Positions 56,328 through 64,000 of a stretch of DNA of 64,000 bases are shown piece by piece. The stretch is from Chthonomonadaceae bacterium (GTDB taxonomy: Bacteria; Armatimonadota; Chthonomonadetes; Chthonomonadales; Chthonomonadaceae). The translations under genes and the position numbers were made by a program. Position 1 is the first letter of the stretch, and the number at the start of each line of letters is the position of its first letter. The notes under the pieces were generated by a model. It saw only the letters and a program-made list of their open reading frames with translations. It had not been told where the DNA came from and searched no databases. The stretch lies in the NCBI GenBank assembly GCA_035651115.1, contig DASRGL010000431.1:1899-65898 (forward strand), given 5' to 3'.

Positions 56328-57292
56328 TGCGCCTGTTCCGCCTGCGCGCGTTCCAGCTTCCGCGTGAAGTCGTCCCACAGGCGGGCCGTATCGAGGGAGA
56401 CGATCCAGGTGATCGCGCGGGCCGGTTGTGCGGTTTCGGTGGGAAGGATGAGATGCATGGCGTCGTCCAGCGTGGGGCGAGGATGCGCCTCGGTTCGGGT
56501 CAGGCCGAGCAGATGCGCCGTCACGACCTCGTCCCAGACCGGCCAGAAGCCTTCCGCCAGCAGGCCGGGATGCTTCTCCATCCAGTCCGTGAAGATGTGC
56601 GCGAGATAGCGGCCCGCTTTGCCGCGCTGCGCAAACAGCGCATTGGCCTTCGCCGGGGTCATGCGCAGATCGCGCTTGCAGACGGCCTGATCGCCGACCG
56701 TGATCGGTGCGCGGGATTCGAGCAGGACCTGCCACGCCTTCGGATCGTTCTTGATATTCCATTCGTCGCCGCCGTCCGGCCAGCGATAGAAGCCCATCGC
56801 GACGATCTCGATGCGGTCGCCGAGCGTCGGGTCGGTCAGCAGCGCGGAGGCCAGATCGGTCGCCGCGCCGATGACCAGCACCGCCAGGCGATGAGAAGCG
56901 GAGAACCGCCGGGACTGCTGCAAGAGGAGATCCACGCCCGCGTTCGGCAGCGGCTTTGCCTTCTCCGCCAGCGCGACGCTGGAGCCGGCGATGACCGGCG
57001 GAGCGTGCTTGAGGGGCAGGTTTGCCAGCACCTCGCGGGCTGTGCGCGCGGTGAACTCGGCGGCGGGCGCAGGCAGGCCGAGCGCATGGGTCGTGACGAC
57101 GCCGCGCAGTTCGATCTCCGGCGAAAGGGCCAGATGCGCCAGCGCCCACTGATCGTCCATGTCCGTGCCGCAGTCCGTCGTCAGCACGACCGCCCGCCGC
57201 GTCGAAGCCCCAGACTCGGCGCTTTCCGCCGCTGCCGCCTGCGTCATTCCCAACCCGACCAGGAGACTCAAACCGACCGCTGCCCAATACAT
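56324..57292 (-). CDS. Secreted inosine/uridine-preferring nucleoside hydrolase-like protein
   Basis: Signal peptide MYWAAVGLSLLVGLGMTQAAAA. TTDCGTDMDDQWAL matches the N-terminal Asp cluster of the family. Confidence 0.75.
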   Translation of the reverse strand: MYWAAVGLSLLVGLGMTQAAAAESAESGASTRRAVVLTTDCGTDMDDQWALAHLALSPEIELRGVVTTHALGLPAPAAEFTARTAREVLANLPLKHAPPVIAGSSVALAEKAKPLPNAGVDLLLQQSRRFSASHRLAVLVIGAATDLASALLTDPTLGDRIEIVAMGFYRWPDGGDEWNIKNDPKAWQVLLESRAPITVGDQAVCKRDLRMTPAKANALFAQRGKAGRYLAHIFTDWMEKHPGLLAEGFWPVWDEVVTAHLLGLTRTEAHPRPTLDDAMHLILPTETAQPARAITWIVSLDTARLWDDFTRKLERAQAEQAQ

Positions 57293-57384
57293 CGTCTGCC
57301 TCTTCTCCGCAATGCGTTCGGGCAGCAGTATAACAGAAATCCGAATCGGGCGCAAGCCCGGCAGAAGGTCATTTTCCTGCCTTT

Positions 57385-57441
57385 CCCGTCCGCGAGGACG
57401 GTTGGCGCGCAGCGCCTTCCAGACGGGTATTTCAATGCCCG
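57385..57441. repeat. Type D element, solo right arm
   Basis: CCCGTCCGCGAGGACGGTTGGCGCGCAGCGCCTTCCAGACGGGTATTTCAATGCCCG aligns with the right arm of 53491-53617. Confidence 0.65.
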
Positions 57442-57447
57442 ACTCCA

Positions 57448-59523
57448 ATGCAGGGCAGGGATTTGCCGCCTGCGCCGCGAAGAAAGAGACGGCATCTCCA
57501 CGCCGACACAGGAGCGAAAGCCGCCTTGCCGCACCCCTCTACAAAACGCGCCGTTTCCACCACCCCTGCGGAACCGCAGGCGCAAAGCGCCGCTACCGCG
57601 CTGCAAGCCGCCCCGCGCCCGATCTCGCTGCGCTCCGTCCTGATCGCTCTGGCGCTCATTCCGCCCAACATTCTCTGGGTCGTGCTGATGGAGCGGACGG
57701 ACGGGCGCGCGTTCAGCACCACGATCTCGCTCTTCTTCACGGCGGTCTTCTCGCTGCTCCTGCTGACGGCGGGCAACCGCCTGCTGCGCCGGTTCCTGCC
57801 CCACCGCGCGCTGCGGCAGGGCGAGCTTCTGACCATCTTCAGCATGGTCTCCATTGCAACGGCGATGGCGGGCGTGGACTTCCTGTCCCCGCTCCTCACC
57901 TTAATGGGCCATGCGGCCTGGTTCGCCACGCCGGAGAACGGCTGGCAGAAGTTTCTGAAAGACCTTCCTGCCTGGCTCACCGTTCAGGATAAAGACGCGC
58001 TCAAGGGCTACTATCTGGGCCACTCCAGCCTCTATCGCGCGGAAGCCCTGCGCGCCTGGCTGCCCCCCGCGCTCTGGTGGACGCTCTTCATCATGGTCTT
58101 GCTGTGGGTGATGGCCTGCCTGACGACCATCGTCCGGGCGCAGTGGACAGAGAAGGAGCGACTGACCTATCCCATCGTGCAGTTGCCGCTCGCCCTGACT
58201 GCCGAAGACGGCGGGCTGTTCCGCTCCCGGCTCTTCTGGATGGGCTTCGCACTGGCGGGCGGGCTGAACCTGGTCAACGGCCTGCACTTCCTGATCCCGT
58301 CCATTCCCGCGATGACCTTCAACGGCTTCAACGCCGCCGAGTGGTTCCCATCGCGCCCCTGGAACGCCATCGGCTGGACGCCCCTGGCGATCTTCCCCTT
58401 CGTCGTGGGACTGGGCTATCTGCTCCCGGTAGACCTGCTCTTCTCCTGCTGGTTTTTCTTCCTCTTCTGGCGTCTGGAGAAGGTGGCGGCCAGCGCATTG
58501 GGATACATGGCGGAGCAGCCGGAATTTCCCTATATTGACGAACAGATGCTCGGCGGCTACATGGCGATCTGCGTCTTCGCGCTCTGGACGGCGCGGCATC
58601 ACCTGCGGGAGGTCTGGAAGAGGGCGCAGGGAAAGGACTCCGAGGTTTCGGATGAGCGGGAGCCGATGCGCTTCCGCACGGCGGTCTTCGGCGCGCTTGG
58701 CGGCTTCCTCTTCCTGGTCGGCTTTTCCTATGTTGCCGGGCTGCCGCTCTGGCTGGCCGTGATCTTCTTCCTCATCTACTTCGCTATCGCCATTGCCGTC
58801 ACCCGAATGCGCGCCGAACTCGGCCCGCCGACGCACGACCTGCACCATATCGGCCCGAACATCACGCTCTACACCATCATCGGCTCCAAGAACCTGGACG
58901 GCCCCACGCTCGGCGTCTTCACGCTGTACAACTGGTTCAACCGGGCCTATCGCTGCCATCCGATGCCGCACCAGTTGGAAGGGCTGAAGATGGCGCAGGT
59001 CAGCCGGACGGCCTCGCGCGGCCTGCTGGCGGCGATGCAGTTGGCGGCGCTGGCGGGAGTCGTCGCGACCTTCTGGGTGACGCTGCACGTCTCCTATCAT
59101 CTCGGCGCGGCGGCGCGCATTCACGGCTGGTCGTCGCTCGGCTTCGGCAACGAGGGCTACGGCAGGCTGTCCACCTGGCTCTCTTCGCCCACCGATCCGA
59201 ACCGTCCGGCCATCACCGCGATGGGGGTCGGCTTTCTGATTGCGACCGGCCTGATCCTGATCAAGATGAACGTCTACGGCTGGCCGTTCCACGCACTCGG
59301 CTTCTCTATCTCCGGCGGCTGGTCTATGATGTGGGCGTGGCTGAGCCTGTGCGTCGCCTGGGCGCTGAAAGCCCTCATCCTGCGCTATAGCGGCCTGCGC
59401 GGGTATCGCTCCGGCCTACCCTTCTTCTTCGGGGTCATCCTGGGGGACTTCCTCATCGGCGGCATCTGGACGCTGCTCGGCCTGCTCTTCGACATGTCCA
59501 TCTACAGCCTGTGGAGTGGGTAA
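57448..59523 (+). CDS. Large polytopic membrane protein of unknown function (start uncertain)
   Basis: More than 12 hydrophobic segments across 691 aa. No motif I can name. The first ~50 codons are Arg/Pro-rich and may not be translated. Confidence 0.6.
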   Translation: MQGRDLPPAPRRKRRHLHADTGAKAALPHPSTKRAVSTTPAEPQAQSAATALQAAPRPISLRSVLIALALIPPNILWVVLMERTDGRAFSTTISLFFTAVFSLLLLTAGNRLLRRFLPHRALRQGELLTIFSMVSIATAMAGVDFLSPLLTLMGHAAWFATPENGWQKFLKDLPAWLTVQDKDALKGYYLGHSSLYRAEALRAWLPPALWWTLFIMVLLWVMACLTTIVRAQWTEKERLTYPIVQLPLALTAEDGGLFRSRLFWMGFALAGGLNLVNGLHFLIPSIPAMTFNGFNAAEWFPSRPWNAIGWTPLAIFPFVVGLGYLLPVDLLFSCWFFFLFWRLEKVAASALGYMAEQPEFPYIDEQMLGGYMAICVFALWTARHHLREVWKRAQGKDSEVSDEREPMRFRTAVFGALGGFLFLVGFSYVAGLPLWLAVIFFLIYFAIAIAVTRMRAELGPPTHDLHHIGPNITLYTIIGSKNLDGPTLGVFTLYNWFNRAYRCHPMPHQLEGLKMAQVSRTASRGLLAAMQLAALAGVVATFWVTLHVSYHLGAAARIHGWSSLGFGNEGYGRLSTWLSSPTDPNRPAITAMGVGFLIATGLILIKMNVYGWPFHALGFSISGGWSMMWAWLSLCVAWALKALILRYSGLRGYRSGLPFFFGVILGDFLIGGIWTLLGLLFDMSIYSLWSG

Positions 59524-59530
59524 TCAAGAC

Positions 59531-59548
59531 GCGGCCTGAAAAGGCCGC
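59531..59548. terminator. Short GC stem-loop between convergent genes
   Basis: GCGGCC-TGAAAA-GGCCGC. Confidence 0.4.
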
Positions 59549-59575
59549 GCGCCAATCCTTCAGACGGAGATAAGC

Positions 59576-60145
59576 CTACGAAATCGGCGTGGCGACAAGC
59601 TGCGCGTTCTCCGTATCGGGCGCGGCCTGGCGCGGCCTCTCGGCGACCTGCTCCGCCTGCCGCAGCATCTCCAGCGCCAGCAGCGCCTTCGGAACCCCCA
59701 CGTACCCGGACACTTGATGGAACGCCTGCTCTATCGTCTCTGCCTCCTTCTGCGCGCCTTCCTCGTTGCGCATCTCGTCCGGCAGATGGAACTTGTAGAT
59801 CATCCAGAGCGCCCAGCGCATATAGTCCGCCTGGGCCAGCGCGTTCTTATCCGCCAGGTTCTCCCACGCCTCTTCCAGCCGCTCCAGAAACCGCTGCGTG
59901 ACCAGTTCGGCGCTATCGGCCTTCTGTCCGACCCCGCAGGTCAGTTCGTTCTGTACTCGCGATACGCCCTCCACGCGGCGCGCAATCGCCTCCGCCGCGC
60001 GACACTCCTGCTCGGTATCCACATCCCCGGTCAGTGTGACCTGCCCGTTGTCTGCCGTCACGCCGATATCGAAAACGCCCACGCGCGGGTCGCGAATGAG
60101 CGCCATGTTCACTTTCGCCTTCAGAATGAGATCGGAGATCGCCAT
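59576..60145 (-). CDS. BON-domain protein
   Basis: DIGVTADNGQVTLTGDVDTEQECRAAEAIARRVEGVSRVQNEL is BON-like. ATG 60145 follows AGGAGG. Confidence 0.65.
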   Translation of the reverse strand: MAISDLILKAKVNMALIRDPRVGVFDIGVTADNGQVTLTGDVDTEQECRAAEAIARRVEGVSRVQNELTCGVGQKADSAELVTQRFLERLEEAWENLADKNALAQADYMRWALWMIYKFHLPDEMRNEEGAQKEAETIEQAFHQVSGYVGVPKALLALEMLRQAEQVAERPRQAAPDTENAQLVATPIS

Positions 60146-60347
60146 CGCCCGTGTTCCTCCTGCGCCTTCTCTGGCTCTCGACGCCCTGCCGCGCCGAAGC
60201 AGGGAAGGTATTTGGGCATAAGACGCGGAGGGGTTCGGGATTGTTCCGGGTTCCGGCGCGAGGCAGGAAAGGCAGACGAGCGGAAACATTTCTGCCCGCT
60301 GCGCCGTCCTGTGTACAGCCTATACGCCTACTCAGGAGGATCTCTCT

Positions 60348-61613
60348 ATGACGGATACGACAACGGCAGCCCGGCCCGAAGCGCCCCCACGCCGCTCGCT
60401 GCGACAGTGGCTGCGGGTGATGGGGCCGGGCGTCATCACCGGCGCGGCAGGCGACGACCCGGCGGGCATCGGGACCTATTCGCAGGTCGGCGCGCAGAAC
60501 GGGACGAGCCTGCTCTGGCTGATGCTCCTCGCCACTCCCATGCTTCAGGTGGTGCAGGTGACCTGCGCGAAGCTGGGCGTCGTCTCGAAGCAGGGGCTTT
60601 CCGGCATTCTGAAAGAACACTACGGCCTCAAAGTCGCCGCGATCGCCGCCGCGCTGACCGCCCTCGCCAACATCGCCACCATCGGCGCGGACATCGCCGG
60701 TATCGGCGCGGCGTTTGAACTCCTCTTTCGCGTCAAATGGCAGTGGTTCGTCATCCCGGTCACGCTGGCGATCTGGTACTTTCAGGTCTACATGGATTAC
60801 GGAGTCATTCGCAAGGCGCTGCTGCTGCTCGCGCTGACGCTTCTCACCTACATCCTCGCCGGGTTCATGGCAAAGCCGGACTGGGGAACGGTGCTGCGCG
60901 ATACCTTCCTCCCCCATATCGAGATGAACCTGGCCTTCTTTTCTACCGCCGTCGGCCTGCTCGGCACGACCATCTCGCCCTATATGTACTACTTTCAGGC
61001 GGCGCAGGTCGTCGAGGAGAACACCCCGGTCAAGAAGCTGGATGATGTCACGGTGGACACGACGACAGGCATGATCTTTACCAACATCGTCTCCTACTTC
61101 ATCATCCTGGCGACTGCCGCCACGCTGCACATTCACGGCAAGCAGATCGAGACGGCGGCGGACGCGGCGCGGGCGCTGGAGCCGTTTGCCGGGGAAGCGG
61201 CAAAATACCTGTTCGCGGCGGGCATGATCGGCGCGGGGCTGCTGGCCGTGCCGGTGCTGGCCGCTTCGACGGCGGCGATGATCGGGGAGACAGCAGGCTG
61301 GCGCATCGGCCTCAACAAGAGCGTCACGCGGGCGCGCGGCTTCTATCTGGCCCTCAGCGTCGCGCTGCTCTTCGGCGCGGCTATCACGCTCTCCGGCATC
61401 CACCCGATGAAGGCGCTGTTCTACAGCCAGATCCTCAGCGGCGTGGTCGCGCCGGCGCTGCTGTTCCTCATCTTCCGTCTGTCGCGCCGGGAAGAGGTGC
61501 TTGGGGAGCGGGTGAATACGCCGGTGCAGCAGGCCTGGGGCTGGCTGACCGTCGCGGTGATGGCCCTCTCGGTCGCGCTGATGGCCTGGGGCTGGATCAC
61601 GGGGCAGAAGTAA
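60348..61613 (+). CDS. mntH: NRAMP-family divalent metal transporter
   Basis: MGPGVITGAAGDDPAGIGTYSQVGA is the Nramp signature. ~11 TM segments. Confidence 0.9.
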   Translation: MTDTTTAARPEAPPRRSLRQWLRVMGPGVITGAAGDDPAGIGTYSQVGAQNGTSLLWLMLLATPMLQVVQVTCAKLGVVSKQGLSGILKEHYGLKVAAIAAALTALANIATIGADIAGIGAAFELLFRVKWQWFVIPVTLAIWYFQVYMDYGVIRKALLLLALTLLTYILAGFMAKPDWGTVLRDTFLPHIEMNLAFFSTAVGLLGTTISPYMYYFQAAQVVEENTPVKKLDDVTVDTTTGMIFTNIVSYFIILATAATLHIHGKQIETAADAARALEPFAGEAAKYLFAAGMIGAGLLAVPVLAASTAAMIGETAGWRIGLNKSVTRARGFYLALSVALLFGAAITLSGIHPMKALFYSQILSGVVAPALLFLIFRLSRREEVLGERVNTPVQQAWGWLTVAVMALSVALMAWGWITGQK

Positions 61614-63861
61614 GTTCGAGGACGCGATACGGCCGCACGGGGGCGGAGATTCCCTTGACCTGCACGGGATCGCGCTGCTCCACGCGGAAGTCGCCGGAAG
61701 TCACCGCGTGGACCGTCTCGCTGATGACCACCTCGCCGCCCGCCGCGATGCTTTGCAGCCGATGGCCGACGACGACGGCAAGGCCGAGCGCCGTATAGTT
61801 GACCTGCGTATCGCCGCCCACCAGCCCCACGATGGCCTCGCCGTAGTGCAGGCCGAGGCCGATCTGAAGCGGCTGCCGCTCCTCCGATTGCAGTTCCTCG
61901 GTCACGCGGGCCGCCGCGTCGCGCATGGCGAGCGCGGCGCAGACGGCCCGCCGGACATCTTCGCGCGGTGATTCGCCGACGCGGAAGATCGCCATCAGGC
62001 CGTCGCCAGTGTATTTGTCCAGGATGCCGCCGTGCGCCGTCAGCACCTCGGTCAGCGCGGTCATGTACTTATTGATGACATAGACGACATCATCCGGTCG
62101 GTGCTGCTCGGCGAAGGGCGTAAAGCCGCGCGCGTCCGCGAACAGCACGCAGACCATCTGGCGCTTGCCCTGCAATCCCAACCGGTCGTCTGCCGTCGCC
62201 AGCACCTCTTCGACCGCTTCGGGAGCCAGGAAGCGCCGCAGCCAGTCGCGCTCGGTGCGCTCCAGCGCGAACGTGAACTGCGTGACCAGCAGGTAGGCTC
62301 CGAGAATGGCCGTGATGGGCGCGACCGGGTCTATCCAGGTTCCGCGCAGAAAGGCCAGGATCGCCAGAAGGAAGACGAGGAAGATGGGAATGACGGTGCG
62401 CCATCCGGCGTCCAGCGGATCGCGGCCCACGCAGCGATGCCCGACCCACGCGCCGAACAGAAGCGTTCCCAGCACGGCGATGAGCAGGTTGGGCTGCGCG
62501 ATGAACGCCGAGGAGAGCAGCGCCGCTGTCGCATGGGCCAGGGCTTCGGCGCGGGGGATCGGGCCAAGCGGCGTCTCGCGGATGTGCCGCGTCAGCGAGT
62601 CGAGAAAGACGATCTTGTCGCGGAAATAGACCTGCGGCGGCAGCCATCGGCCCGCCTCGCCGTTTGCCGGACCGACATAGAGCGGCTCTTCGCGCAGCAC
62701 GCTGCCATAGGCGATATGGGCAAAATCGCGCCCCGGTTCCGTACCCCGAAAGTCCACCAGCACGGTTCCCGGCCGCACCTGGGGAGCCTGCACGCCCGCG
62801 ATCTCCACGCGGCTGGGATGGCCCGGCATGGGCTGTAGCGTCGGCTCCCGGCCCAGCGCGGCGGCAAACAGCAGGATAGGAACCGGCAGGAATTCGCCCG
62901 GCTGTGTCGAGAGGGCGGGAAGCCGCGTCGTGTAGGCGGCGAGATCGGCCTGCCCGACTGCCGCCGCCGCCCGCGCCAGTTCCCCGATGGCCCCCTCTTT
63001 CCGTCTTGCCGCTTCGAGCGCCTCCTGCGGCACGGCCAGGACGACGTTCCCGGCCTGGCGCATCGCCGCCGCCAGCTTCGGCACGTCCTGCTGCGTGCGC
63101 TGCACTTCCTGCATGGTGAGCCGGGGTTCGTTGTGGGGCGCGAGATGTTCGGCGTTCTCGTTCACGCCGAAAGCGGGCAGAGGCAGCACGATGCGCAGCG
63201 CGCCCCAGGAGCGCAGTTTGCGCAGCATCTCCGCCTGGATCGCGGCCTCCGAGCGGGTCGTCAGGGCCAGATGGCGCGCGGAGGCGTCCATCTCCAGCAG
63301 CACGATCCGCTCTCGCTGGGCCACGCCGGCCTGATTGGCGTTCTCGGCGGCCCAGAGCGCCGCGTTCCGGCTCTGGATGAGGGCGACGAGCGCCCCTGCC
63401 CGGAGCGGCACGAGCAGGTTTGCGGCGGCGATCAGGGCGAACAGGCCCGCGACCAGGCCGAGCGCTGCGCCGCGCAGATCGAGAAGCTGTACGCGGCCCC
63501 GGCGCATCCGCCGCACCACCAGCCGCCGCCCGATCTGCCGAACCAGCCGCCACGCCCCCTGCTGCGGGTCGTAGGCGAAGCGGTGGATGGCGATACAGGC
63601 CCAGGCGGTAAACACCGGGAGGCCCCATACCAGCGTGAGGACGGCCAGAGGCGCGGCATTGGAGGCGCGGAACGTGAAGGTGAGCGGCAGCCGGACCGTC
63701 ACCAGCAGCGTGAACAGCAGAATCGTCCACCAGGCCCCCGCGCCGGTGCGCGCGGGGTTCTCTTTCTCCGGCCAGCGCCGCCCGACGAACGCGCCGATGC
63801 AGGCTCCGACGCCTCCGAGCGTCAGCAGCACGAGAAACTGAATCGGCGCGACGGCCAGCAC
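61597..63861 (-). CDS. CHASE2-domain adenylate/guanylate cyclase (possibly continues past the right edge)
   Basis: Class III cyclase domain (VCVLFADARGFTPF...KYTGDGLMAIF). Upstream periplasmic CHASE2-like region and TM helices. The frame stays open, with hydrophobic sequence, from 63862 to 63999. Confidence 0.85.
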   Translation of the reverse strand: MLAVAPIQFLVLLTLGGVGACIGAFVGRRWPEKENPARTGAGAWWTILLFTLLVTVRLPLTFTFRASNAAPLAVLTLVWGLPVFTAWACIAIHRFAYDPQQGAWRLVRQIGRRLVVRRMRRGRVQLLDLRGAALGLVAGLFALIAAANLLVPLRAGALVALIQSRNAALWAAENANQAGVAQRERIVLLEMDASARHLALTTRSEAAIQAEMLRKLRSWGALRIVLPLPAFGVNENAEHLAPHNEPRLTMQEVQRTQQDVPKLAAAMRQAGNVVLAVPQEALEAARRKEGAIGELARAAAAVGQADLAAYTTRLPALSTQPGEFLPVPILLFAAALGREPTLQPMPGHPSRVEIAGVQAPQVRPGTVLVDFRGTEPGRDFAHIAYGSVLREEPLYVGPANGEAGRWLPPQVYFRDKIVFLDSLTRHIRETPLGPIPRAEALAHATAALLSSAFIAQPNLLIAVLGTLLFGAWVGHRCVGRDPLDAGWRTVIPIFLVFLLAILAFLRGTWIDPVAPITAILGAYLLVTQFTFALERTERDWLRRFLAPEAVEEVLATADDRLGLQGKRQMVCVLFADARGFTPFAEQHRPDDVVYVINKYMTALTEVLTAHGGILDKYTGDGLMAIFRVGESPREDVRRAVCAALAMRDAAARVTEELQSEERQPLQIGLGLHYGEAIVGLVGGDTQVNYTALGLAVVVGHRLQSIAAGGEVVISETVHAVTSGDFRVEQRDPVQVKGISAPVRPYRVLELTSAP

Positions 63862-64000
63862 GAGCAGAAGCAGCAGGCTGGAGGTGGGAATAGGCGGCAG
63901 CCCGGTCGCTTCCGTAACGGCTCCAAGCGACTCCAGACTGGAAGAGAGCAGGAGCGTTCCCAGGATGGTCAGCCAGAAGGCCCATCGGAAGGCGACGGCC

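Noticed and set aside
56328-57287. N-terminal half of the 691-aa track ORF 55212..57287
   Set aside because: It is a frame shadow of the nucleoside-hydrolase-like gene, with Arg/Gly/Ala-rich composition. The permease homology starts near 56270-56327.

Overview
High-GC (roughly 65% by eye) bacterial chromosomal segment. I support about 54 protein-coding genes, one tRNA, IS remnants, and several families of GC-rich palindromic repeats. The two pilin-like proteins start with [32 protein letters not shown] and carry an H-X9-DG motif. Together with DUF1080, Gfo/Idh/MocA and xylose-isomerase-like genes, this suggests an Armatimonadota-like organism; that is inference, not proof. Gene content is mainly housekeeping and carbohydrate or metal metabolism: hisS, coaX, hemW, a pyrimidine nucleoside phosphorylase, a 2-oxoacid dehydrogenase E2, and a CbiM/CbiQ/CbiO ECF transporter. 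It also includes a GT4 / glycoside hydrolase / HAD / FGGY-kinase cluster, an SBP56 methanethiol-oxidase-like gene followed by a ferredoxin, Nramp, and a CHASE2 adenylate cyclase. I found no CRISPR array, rRNA, recognisable defence operon or intact mobile element. Four things stand out. (1) Hairpin-ended MITE/REP-like repeats sit in-frame inside at least four conserved enzymes and appear to bridge cbiM(N) and cbiQ into one ORF. (2) A separate ~190-nt five-hairpin element family has four copies, with compensatory stem changes between copies. (3) There are decay and rearrangement signs: a dehydrogenase with one in-frame TAG, an FdhA-like gene cut off at a repeat, and an internally deleted IS256 with intact ends beside tRNA-Met. 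(4) There are ORF-poor, lower-GC stretches at 51.1-53.5 kb and 46.4-46.96 kb that I cannot assign. Family calls come from my own motif recognition on the translations; no searches were run. Repeat boundaries are good to about +/-3 nt.
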